Assembly (NCBI RefSeq): GCF_001194135.2
Contig: NC_068983.1
Span: forward strand, 166,239,441-166,300,371
DNA length: 60,931 bases
Reading direction: 5' to 3'
Source: Octopus bimaculoides
Lineage: Eukaryota
The notes below the pieces were generated by a model. That model searched no databases. It saw nothing but the letters and a program-made list of their open reading frames with translations, and was not told where the DNA came from. How positions within the stretch are numbered: the stretch's first letter is position 1; each line of letters begins with the position of its first letter. The position numbers and the translations under genes are program-made. This document shows positions 49,995 through 60,931 of the stretch, in pieces.

Positions 49995-50820
49995 TTAAAT
50001 ATGTCTGTTCATTAGCTGACAAATTAATTAGAGAAATGGACTATAAGGAAAACTACATTTTCTGAAATTTTTGAAACTATAAACAATGTCACAAACATCA
50101 TATTTTTTTAAGGGAACCATATTCTACAAACACTGCTTCAACACCTAGAATGTGGAAACATGCAGATGGGAGGTTGTGGGTGGAGCAGAAGAATCCTATC
50201 TATAATGGGAAATCTTTGTTTCAACAACTCCAAGTGAGAACAAAAGCAAAATACTTTAATCATTTACCAGAGACAAGATAAAAGTAATCCAAAACCCGAG
50301 ATTAGATGTAGCTAAACATGAACCTTGCAAATAGTTTGGAAATATATCATATATCAAATGAAACTGAAATGAGAGAGAAAACAGACATAATAAAAGAAGA
50401 AGTAGAAAACATTCAATGAGAAACCCAGCAAACAGAAATGGAACCAAATGAAACTGATTGTAAAAATCGAATAAAGTTCAATTTGATTTCAACAATGTTA
50501 ATGATAAGCTGGTTCCTTTAAATGAATTAAAATTAAAATCTATACTCATTGGGATTAAGAAATGGGCATGAGATGAAAATGGAAGAGAGAGAACCAACAT
50601 ATCTATTTAGGAGGAAAGTTTTGTTACCAATGTAATTCATCCTCCGATTACGGGATGAGTCAGCGTTTGATGTGCTTGCAAGGAGATATCTACAACAGAG
50701 ATTTGTTGTCCGCCCAAAAGAACTTATTTATATGGAAGCAGTTACAGATATTCTTAACAAGCAAATTTAGCACACAGCTATATTCAGAAAATTACTTATA
50801 GATTGGAGGCAGAAAGAGGT

Positions 50821-50853
<33 letters not shown>

Positions 50854-51794
50854 ATTTAAGATAAAAAGGTAAAAATGTTGTGTTAGAAGGAGTGGTATGT
50901 GGGTGTGTGTTTTTATGCATACATGCACACACATACATTCTCTCTTCCCTTCTCTCTCTTCCTCTCAGACTATGGTCACTAAACACAGATAATAAGCACT
51001 AAAATGATTTATTTTACTATCATATCAAACAGCATCCTTATTTTGGTGCTTTTATACCTCTATCAACTCACGATCATGCACTATTTTGACATAAATTTAC
51101 AGAAATATTACTATGCTTTATACATAAACATATATGCACATTCATTGATTTCACTGGACAAGGGAAAACAGTACTCAATACTTGTGTAAGGTATATTTAA
51201 TTTATTCGGTTGTGCCAGTATTCAGAGTTTTCACAAGTGAGCACTTCCCCAAACACATATCTATATAGAGAAAATTCTATAAAATGGCACCAACCAAATA
51301 GATATTGTGTGTGTGGGGAGAGAGAGAGAGAGAGACAGAGACAGAGAGAGATAGAGACAGAGAGAGAGAGAGACAGAGACAGAGAGACACGAAGGGTGGT
51401 ATCCACTAGTTTCGTGAGGCTATAGAACTGCACCTGGAAGAGTTTTGCTTTGGTCTTGTCAGCAGAACATCACCTGTAGTGATTGTGGAGACTCACATCT
51501 AAGTGTCAGTCCCAATTGCAGGAAAGTGCTACCTGCCAGTCTTGTCCTGGGGCAGCTTTTTCATCAAATTTACTTTTCTTCATCAACAGTTCTCAACCTC
51601 TCTTCTCTTAAATCTTTCTCTAATTCTTCCAATCTCCAGGAGGTACAATTATCAACAATGACCTCCCTTTTAACATTTATGTAAAGAGACTTCATGTCTT
51701 TCTTGTAAACTTTGAAATGAAGATGGGGTTGTCCTTGTGTTCACTTAATGGAGGCTAGTTCACCACACCATTTCATATACACACACACACACAT

Positions 51795-51847
<53 letters not shown>

Positions 51848-52369
51848 CACACACACACACACACAAGTAATTTGGCTGATGACATATATATATATATATA
51901 TATACACACATACACACATACAAGGGTGAACCAATAAATATATGTAATATGCTTAAAAGATTTTTTCCTACCGCTGAGGAAGTTAGTTGGATGTGTATCA
52001 CTAGACATGCCTTCTCTTTCTCTTTCTAATCACAAAGATGGAGGCTTGAATTTCAAACTACAATTGCTATCATGAGTTCTACAATGCCTGTCTCACTTCC
52101 TGTTTGGTCCAAAGGCGAGGGACACCCTGTGGCTCATTTTCTGTAAGCTGAAGGTATAACTGGGGTCAAATAGACAGCTCATGAGAAATAGGGTTTTGCC
52201 ACTATGACCTGTCAACAAATGGACTGAAGCATGTTTTAAACAGTTGCTCTAGCAGCATATATTCTTTAAGAAGCAGCTGGATACTTCCCCACATCCTGAA
52301 CTGTTAAACTGAGTCTGTGGCAAGCTTCTTTCTGTTGTACAGATCAGTAACCATAGATGGAGTTACAAT

Positions 52370-52567
52370 AGCATGCAAATTAATTCTGATTCAACCAATG
52401 AAGTCATCCAAAACAGACTTGGCTTCAATCACAGTTTATGCGAGATGGATCCCAAAACAGCTCAAAGAACTGCACAAAGAAAATCAGTGAAATCTGCCAA
52501 TGACTTTTGAATCATTATGGAATAAAGATAAGATCTTCTTGGGAAAAAAGTCATCTCTGCTGATGAC
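52370..52567 (+). mobile_element. Old mariner transposase remnant
   Basis: VYARWIPKQLKELHK..EICQ*LLNHY..IFL..VISADD matches the mariner V.ARWVP..L..ITGDE region. Confidence 0.7.
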
Positions 52568-52670
52568 TTTTTTTTCTGCATTGCAGATAATTAATGACTC
52601 ACCATCGTGTGTGTGGTGTGTGCATGTGTGTATGTGCATGCATGTGCACACATGCACAAATAAAACACAG

Positions 52671-52706
<36 letters not shown>

Positions 52707-53229
52707 ATGCATGTTTACGATTCAACAGATAAGGATCACGGCATTATAATAAAAATTATGTACACATATTCAAACCCACTTTGCAGAGTTGAAATAAATT
52801 TCCTGATAAAGGATAGCAGAATAATTAAAGAACAGGCTTATTTGGAACTCAGTTGCAAGTAGTAACACCAGCCACCCAGCCCATCATAACGGAATTTCCA
52901 TAAAACAGAAATTTCACTTCTTTCAAAATGAGGCAGAGACCAAAACAAAGAAAAAATCAATAAAATATAAGCCAAAGCACCAAATTCTTTGATAAAACAG
53001 TAGAATGTGAGGAAACTTATGGGGTTCAATGGTAGTCGAAAAATGAAACTAATTAAAATGGTGGAATATATTTTATGTTGTGAACAAGATGAGGATATCT
53101 AATATTTTGGACAGAACTGTTTGGATTCGCGAGAAAGAAATGTTGACTGGGGTTGACAAAGAATGGATCTCAATACAAGTGTTGTTAACAACAACAGCAA
53201 TAATTGTTCCTAATTTAAGCATAAAGATA

Positions 53230-53410
53230 GCAGTTTTGAAGTGGAGCAGGGTTAGACGATTCCAACCCTAGAATACTTGACTGGTACTATATTTCCATTG
53301 ACCACGAAGGGATGAAAAACAAAATCAAACTCAGTTGGGATGAGATTTGGACTCAGAATATAAAGAACCAGAACAGATGCCACAAAGTATTTTGTCCAAC
53401 AGAAACAATT
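53230..53410 (-). mobile_element. SINE family 3 (degenerate)
   Basis: GACTGGTACTATATTT..GACCACGAAGGGATGAAA..GATTTGGACTCAGAA. Confidence 0.65.
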
Positions 53411-53829
53411 CTAGTAAGACCAAAACCTAGATATCTTGTGGGAGGGGGGACACTTCATTAACAACACAAAACTGATCCCAGAAGAATTGGTACTAAGAAT
53501 GTCAAAGAGACATGACTACATGTCAATATGTACCTTATAGTCATGTATCTTTGTGTGGGATATTCCGTTTTCTTTACCTTTTATGCAAACTGCCAAATTT
53601 AGCCCAAACGCCCTACATAGGACAGAGAATGTAAAATAGATTGGAGCAGTTTTGTACATTGACTATTAGCAAAATAAACTACTGTAATGTTTTAGTATTG
53701 TACAATCTATGACTTACTTTGAATTCCTTAATAGTATAAGTTTTAACTTCTAGTACTCTGAAATATATATAAAGATCATATATTGCCATGTCACTGCTAT
53801 CAACATCATTATTTTAACATCCTCTTTTC

Positions 53830-54215
53830 TATGCTTTCAAAGGGTCAGATGGAATTAGCTGGAGTAGATTGTGTATGGTCAGGTGTCCTTCTTGTCACCA
53901 ACCTTTGCTTGTTTCCAAGCAAAATAATATTTCTCCATGCCTAGACATATTTTGTAGAAGATTGGTAAAAAAAATGGCATTTATTTACAACCATCACATG
54001 ATGTCAAGGACTTACATGTTATATATATATATATATATATATATATNNNNNNNNNNTATATAGAGAGAGAGAGAGAGAGAGAGGGGTTATACAGACAGAT
54101 ATGACAGGCTCCTTTCAGTTTCTGTCCTACAAAATCCACTCACAAGGAAGTTTTGATCGACCCAGGTCTAAAGGAGCAGATACTCATGCAATGTACCATA
54201 CAGTGGGACTGAACA
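53830..54215 (-). mobile_element. SINE family 1 core with tail B
   Basis: Tail B at 53830-54015, microsatellite and short gap, core at 54100-54215. Confidence 0.65.
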
Positions 54216-55689
54216 ATCAATATGAAAACTAATTCAAGCAGGTGTTGATTTGGTAACAAAATAAAGTAATATGGCATGAAGTAACTTTATGAATGAATTG
54301 ATTCTATACAAAAAAAAAATAAATAACAAAAATCCCCAACGGGTATTAGATCTGTTTTTAATAACAAACTATGCGAGAAAAATTTGAAATATTTTACAGC
54401 TCTAAATTTTATAATTCTTTATAGTTTGGCATTATTTGACATACGTTGCTGCAATAATGAACTAGGACAGTTAATAATTGGGAATAAAGTGTTGAACAAT
54501 TCCCAAAAGACATTTAGAAATGGTTTGAAATAAGTATAAATCAATAGTTTTGGTTTATATACATTGTATACACACACTAAAAGTATTGATTTATATTGAT
54601 GTTCCATTTTGAAACAAAATACAAGATTGAAATAATCATATTCAAAATAGAGCAGATAAAATTTAATTTGCAACTACTTCATTTGTTATAAGCAGTTCCA
54701 TATTGAAATTCCACAAAATAAATCAATTTAACCTTTCATAATTTTAGTGTTGATTAAAGAATCAACCTTTTCTATATTTAGCATTCAAATTTTAACCAAA
54801 AAAAGAAACAACCCATTAAACATTTATCCTTCCTTATACTGTCTTTTAGAAACTGCTAAAAAGGATGTAGACTATTTCTGATAGAGATTTAAAATACAAA
54901 ACCCTTAATTACAAAAGCACATAGTATATTTAATTACATATCACAATTTGCTTGTTTCACCTTAAATTTTGAAATCTAAATCACACAGATGTCAAAAAGA
55001 GAGGAAGAGAACAAAATAACATAAGCAAAGTGTTGACTTTCATTCAGATATGAAATGCCACAAGGATGTAGGAAAAAGATGTAAACAAATATGAATTTAA
55101 TGTAATAATATATAGCTTATGGAAAGAAGAAAAAGAAGCAGGTGATAGACAAAGAATTTCATAGGTTGTTAACATTACATAGTACTCCTCCTACAGAGAC
55201 TGTGTTATGTATTTTTGCAGATTACTTTGGCACTGAAGAGAAACTGAGCTGGTACTGAAGAATTATTTGCAGCAAGTATACATTTCATGCACTCCACTAT
55301 TTCATGTACGCTTACACACTACCATAACTACTGCTACACACAACAACAGCATCAATAAGTTACCAGATGCCAGTCGAAAGCAATGATTATATCCATGAAA
55401 TGACACCTCAAATTTCCTAGCATTTTCATAAACCAAAATATTAATACAAAAGAAGAAATGAAAGCTCTTAAGTACAGTGAACTTGAAAAAGTACACAAAT
55501 CTAATATTTGAAGAAAAAAATTTTTTCTTGGTTTGTTCCAGAGAAAGAGGCCATGTTCATCACTTCATAGGGTCCCAAGACCAGTGAGTCTGATGTTCTT
55601 AAACAATGGTATACATACTCATTCTTAATACATTCCAGCAAACTCAAATATTAATTACTAATGTATTTCATCTTTGACAACTCCTTTCA

Positions 55690-56330
55690 GATGATGTGTG
55701 TTCACAACTTGATTCTTTGAAGTAAGGAGCCTCTCAAAGGAGCCTCAATATTTTGACCAGATTGTGTCTCTTCAGTCAAAGCTAGCCTATCTGCGATCAA
55801 TGATTTAAACAAGAATTGTGGTTTTTCTTTATGGAATTCAGCAAACAAACTATTTGCTGGTGCATGCAGATGTGTGCTAATCCAATGATAATTCATCGTA
55901 TGCATGGAGAACAACAAGAATGAAAACAATGATGTACATATTCATTCTTGATATACTCCAGCAGATTCATACATAAATATGCTAATCACTGTTGTGTTTC
56001 ATCTTTGGAGTGCAATTCCCATTTAGACAAAATGTATTCACAGCATAATTTACTTAAGTAAAGGGACTTTGAGACACCAGTGTTTTGAATGGCTGTATCT
56101 CTTCCATCAAAGCTACCCCAGGATCAATAAATATAAACAAGAATTGTGGCTCTTCTTTATAGAATTCAGCCAACATATTATTTGTAGCTGCATGCTCGAG
56201 TCTACCAAACTGACAATTAATTAAGTATGATGTAAACAGACATCATTTCAAGGGAGAAATTATTAACCATAGACAAATCCCAACAGCAATTAGCATATTC
56301 ATGTTTCAGTCTGCCAGAAAATATTTACAA
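55690..56330. repeat. Unclassified degenerate repeat: tandem units of about 330 bp plus an inverted terminal arm
   Basis: ACAAGAATTGTGG.TT.TCTTTAT.GAATTCAGC.AACA occurs at about 55809 and 56137. CAAAGCTA motifs at 55764 and 56095 match the motif at 27300. Confidence 0.75.
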
Positions 56331-56399
56331 CAAATACCTACATCATTATTTTGCTTTTCACTGTTCTCAATGTACGCAACAATATACCAATGTAATTTC

Positions 56400-56830
56400 A
56401 AGTTTATCTTGAATAGATGCAAGTAGACAGCTGCAGGAGAACCATGGACAGACAAGGATTCCTGAGAGACAACATTCTAGGGAGGAAATAGTAGGAACGG
56501 TGGTTAGCACAAAGCCAGAGGTGAAAGTGTGGTAGGCACAATGTAGAGGACAAACGGGGGAGAAATAAATGTGTTAAGAGTGCCTGAGTTTGGGTGGCAT
56601 AAGAGAAGTGATTATAGTACAAAGAGAAAAGCTAGATGAGTCAGCACATTTGTGGTACAGAGAGAGAACGTCTTCATGTCAATCAGTTTGGTGATGCCCA
56701 CACATCTTTCTTTTTAGTACAGCCTAGGAATCTGTATGTGTGTAACAGCAGCATTGTTCATCTGTGGAACGGTACACCACACAGGATCTCACCAGAGATT
56801 TATAGTTTTAGTAGTTATGGGTGCTGAAGA
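56400..56830 (-). mobile_element. CR1/L2-like LINE 3' remnant
   Basis: The minus strand gives ..SLYHKCADSSSFSLYY..SYYFLPRMLSLRN.., resembling the L.HRR....LFY.YY and SF.PRT..LWN motifs. Confidence 0.45.
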
Positions 56831-58616
56831 ATATTCTTAATACAATGCATACTTAAATTTAACCTATAAGCCATTACAAATGCCCTCAAGTGAGAAGGGG
56901 CAGCCACAAAATCCAAATAATATGAAATGAAATGATGACTGTAGCACTTATTTCAACATTAAGACTTATTTAAGGTCTAGCCTATGACTTTGTTAATGGA
57001 AGTCACACAAAACGACGATTAATCGTTCTGTTTAGGATAAACAAAACATCAACTGTTCTACTCTGACTGACCTTCCTACGCTTCCTTTGCAGAAATGCTA
57101 CACCATGTAGCGCAAAGGGTATTGCCCTTCTCAAATCAACATATACACCAATGTTTCAAAGGGTGGGGACTTTAGTCTAGGTACAGATTTTGGCATTTAT
57201 TAATCAAGATTTAAAAAAAAAATTTTAATGCTCAAACAAAAGTTTTGATATCAGTTGTGCAACATTTATTACAAAACTAGAACTGCTTGATCCATCTTTA
57301 CTAGAATTTAGGTGTGAAAAGCTTATCTTATTCATGATAATCTGCTCCATCTTTGTGAAGACAAAAAGAAAGAAAATTGCAATTTTACGTATCCTTATCT
57401 ACACCAAAACTCCAGACTATTCCCCTAAGCAGTTACATACTCTGACAATTACAAACCTGTTTTGTTTATAAATAGACGGTAGTTCTACACACCGCTTCCA
57501 CCAATACCAATATGCAAGTGTTACAAGACACTCACATTCCAAAGAAGTCACAGGGTGAAAGAAGACAGAACGGCTTTCCAATCTGTGCTAGTTGAAACTT
57601 GAACAAAAAACAGAAATGACGAGAGTGTTTTGAGATACAAACATAAGTCTCCAAGAACAGAACAATGAAAACCCACCCACACTGAAATATCAGCCCCCCA
57701 TCCCCACCCCCACCCCTTTATTCTATTACATGTATCCTTCAACTAAAACACCGAACAGGATAACTTTCTAGTTACTTTAAACCTAAGTCCATCATAAGTC
57801 CTGAGGCTCATAAGAGCCAGAAATTAACCCAGTTGCCAGGGCATATAAGTGACTGAGGTCACAACACTTCTGGCCCCTGGATGGGACATCAGTCTTTCAC
57901 AGACTTAACTTCCCAGCTATTGTGGAACTCATTTACAGCTGAGTGGACTGAACAAATATAAAATAAAGTGTTTTACTCAAAAACACAGCACACCACTTGT
58001 TCTGGGAATCTGAGATCTTACGACCAGGTGTGTGATATCCTAACTACTGGGCCAAAGAGATAGAAATAAGATAAAATATGAAAGAACAAAAATGTAAACT
58101 GCTAAAATGGGTAGGGTTGAAGAATGGATGGACAAAGAACCATGAACTGAGGAAGACAGAGAGATGCAGGAGAGAAAGACTGAAAGAGTCAGGTTTACAA
58201 GTGAATGACAGAAGAGAGTCTATGAGAAGAAATAGACAGGGGTTACTGAAGGACTGCAAGAATTATTACATTCATAGTATTACCAACAAGGGTAGTTTAA
58301 GACTAAACCAGAAGTGAAGCACACAATCTTAAAAACTGCAGCCAAGCAGTTGAGAAAAAAATTATTATTGCTGGAATATATTTTTGTTGGTTTAATTTTA
58401 TTTCATGCATATCTTCTTTAAACAAATTACAAAAGGAAAAAAAAAAAATCAATATTTCTTTGTCTACAATTTTAATTACTTCTTTATAAGAAATCTGACG
58501 AAATTTTTGAAATGAGAAAAAAATGGTATAGAGGAGGTGCTTATTCTGAAACTCTATTTACAGTTTTGTTATAGTTTATAAAATAACAAGTTTAACAAAA
58601 TAAAAATATTGAAATG

Positions 58617-58955
58617 CCAAAGGCATGGCTGTGTGGTTAAGAAGCTTGCTTCTCAACCATGTGGTGTTGGGTTCAGTTCCATTGTTTAGTAACTGTCTTC
58701 TACTAGAACCCGATGTCAACCAAAGCCTTGGAACTGAATTTGGTAAATAGAAACTGAAAGAAAGTCATGTGCATGTGCATTTCTTTTGCCTTGGCATAAC
58801 ATGATGGTTGTAAATGAACATCATCAGAATCATACAGGTAATGTTATTCAGTTCTCGTCTCCCATGGAAACCATGTCTAACTATAGAAAATCTGCCTCAA
58901 CAAATTCTGTCTGACCCATGCCAGTACTGGAGAGTGGATGCTAAATGATGATAAT
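58617..58955 (+). mobile_element. SINE family 1 head and core with tail B
   Basis: GGCATGGCTGTGTGGTTAAG..GGTTCAGTTCC..CAAAGCCTTG..GAAACTGAAAGAA, then ..GACCCATGCCAGTACTGGAGAGTGGATGCTAAATGATG. Confidence 0.75.
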
Positions 58956-59514
58956 AAGTCTTGTCCGATGGTAGTTAACATTAAATGTCGCCTTCTCACA
59001 AACTGTCCCACACTTTTAAACTAAACTATATCTTAAGACATCAAAAAAATAACCTAGAAACTTACAGGAAAAAAAATCAGTCAAAGAAATAACAGATTAC
59101 TTTTTGGTTTTAGCAAATAGAATAATTTAATTCTTAACATTTTTTTCTTTTGGAATTTTGAAATCTGAATAAATGAACAACCTACAAACTTTATGGATTT
59201 CACAAATTCCAACCAACAGATTAAACTTGAATGAAAAATGGATCCAGAATCTTCTAGCAAATATATTGTGAATAATAGAAATCCACAAGTCAGGCACTTA
59301 AATATATTTTTATGAAATAATTCACTGATTTCAAATCTGCAGAATATCAAAATACAGGTGAATGATTTAATTTAAAGAGCAAGATCAGTGGTATAGTGTG
59401 GACTTTGGCCGCCCACTTCCTTATAACCCTCCTCAAAAATATAATCTACAAAACTAAAATCTCTAAAGCATTAATTTCATTATTGTTGTATTCCAGAATG
59501 GTCGTTTCCACCCC

Positions 59515-59744
59515 CAAAATAAACACACGCACAAAATATTCGTTCTTCACTCGTTTATTACGATTCTTATTTTAACTGAATAGAAGAACAGAATGGACTA
59601 AGCAGGAGCACACATGAGGACGGATAGCGTCACTGAAGAGGTCACAGATGTGTGACGAAAGATTTCCGAACAATGGACAGGGGCTAAAATAAGAACAGTA
59701 ATAAACGAGTGAAGAACGAATATATAGTGCGTGTGTTTATTTGG
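59515..59744. repeat. Inverted repeat, 62-bp arms (56/62 identical), 106-bp spacer
   Basis: 59515-59576 matches the reverse complement of 59683-59744, with a 26-bp perfect core. Confidence 0.95.
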
Positions 59745-60127
59745 CAAAAAGAAAAAAAACAAGCAAACAAAAAAAAAAACACTATTCCGAAATACAATAT
59801 GTTTCAACACACGGTTTCATATCAGGAATCTTTGAACACAAATTCAAAACCAAAAATAATTTCATGGTTTCCTTAGATTCATTACTCTTACTGAAAGAGT
59901 TATTTCCCTTGTACAAAAAGAAGTTACGTCCCCTGCATAAGATAAGTGATCTGATTGCCATCACTAGAAGTATACCGACAGCAGATATAAAATACAAAAT
60001 GTATGTAAATAAACCAGAATACGCCTAAGTCTTCCGAGTTGTCAAGTCTCAGACGGAACCCTTCGTTTATGGAGACGTCCTCTATTTTCTTTGTAATCTT
60101 GAGTTTTATACTGAAGTAATAGTTTAT

Positions 60128-60754
60128 TTCCCGAGCAGTGGAAGAATGTTATTTTCTCAGACGAGTCATCCTTTACGTTATTTCTGACCACCGGCTGAGT
60201 ATACGTGTGGAGACAGCCAAAAGAAGCATTTGGCAAAGACTGCCTTCTTCCAACTGTTAAACATGAAGGAGGATCTGTGATGATTTTGGGGCTATATCTT
60301 GGAAATCTGCGGGCCCAATGGCTTCTCTTCATGGCAGAATTAATAGTCAAGCCTATTTAAGCATTTTATCTGATTAAATTCATCCTATGGTCGCAGAACT
60401 GTTTCCAGAAGGAAACAGCTAAAGTTGTTACTGAATGGCACAAGGAACATTCAAGTGAAGTTGAACATCTTATCTGGCCACCACAGTCCCCAGATCTCAA
60501 TATTATTGAACATTTATGGTGCATTTTAGAAAAATAAGTAAGGAATCGGTATCCTTCACCATCATCACTACAAGAACTGGAGACTGTTTTAGCTGAACAA
60601 TGGACAAAAATTCCTTTGGAAACAATTCAAACTTTGTACGAGTCCATACCTCATAGAATTCAAGCTGTAATTACTGCCAAAGGTGGTTCTACAGCATATT
60701 AAAATAAATTAGTTTGAAATTTTAAGGTGTTTCCATTATTTTGTCCAACCCCTG
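60128..60754 (+). mobile_element. Tc1 (DD34E-type) transposon, 5'-truncated and internally deleted
   Basis: WKNVIFSDESSF..PTVKHEGGSVMI..WPPQSPDLNIIEHLW..RIQAVITAKGGSTAY*. The right TIR is ..ATTATTTTGTCCAACCCCTG|TA. The FQQDNAP segment is deleted after FPEGN. Confidence 0.92.
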
Positions 60755-60887
60755 TATATACATATGAATGTATACACACACACACACACATATAAGTATA
60801 TATTACGGAGATGTACTTGCATAGCAAGTATATACATATATATATATATATGAATGTATATGTATGTATGTACATCTGTATGTATAT

Positions 60888-60931
<44 letters not shown>

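Larger units (their letters stand above)
7566..54056. other. Assembly N-gaps at about 7566-7722, 13375-13880, 15975-16193, 28604-28746, 43218-43240, 48995-49100 and 54047-54056
   Basis: Runs of n, mostly abutting (CA)n or (TA)n tracts or a young repeat. Confidence 0.97.

Noticed and set aside
60042-60350. 102-aa minus-strand ORF
   Set aside because: Mostly the antisense of the Tc1 transposase remnant.
1-60931. CRISPR array, rRNA, prokaryotic operon or viral genes
   Set aside because: No regularly spaced repeat-spacer array, no rRNA-like sequence and no dense ORF organisation. All features are those of animal repetitive DNA.

Overview
AT-rich, repeat-dense eukaryotic DNA from a gapped assembly (7 N-runs, most of them next to microsatellites). 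The repeat families look like those of a coleoid cephalopod, most likely Octopus; this is pattern recognition, not a database result. I find no convincing host protein-coding exon, rRNA, functional tRNA or CRISPR array. Nearly all ORF-track entries are microsatellite read-throughs, N-gap artefacts or transposon remnants. Recognisable content: RTE LINE fragments and tails, at least three tRNA-derived SINE families, a fragmented pogo/Tigger transposon, two mariner remnants, a maT (DD37D-type) element, a Tc1 remnant, TTAA-flanked MITEs, a hAT-like MITE, a CpG-rich solo LTR and several long fold-back inverted repeats. Best leads: (1) a tRNA-headed SINE-like element carrying a decayed Penelope-type minimal hammerhead ribozyme at 32973-33200, with a second decayed hammerhead at 483-530; (2) a strong minus-strand AG|GTGAGT site at about 40522 that resembles a recursive splice site; (3) a solo LTR with YY1/NRF1/ETS-like motifs nested in a MITE that is itself nested in Tigger; (4) an unassigned degenerate repeat family that forms fold-backs; (5) SINEs that share head and core but carry different 3' tails.
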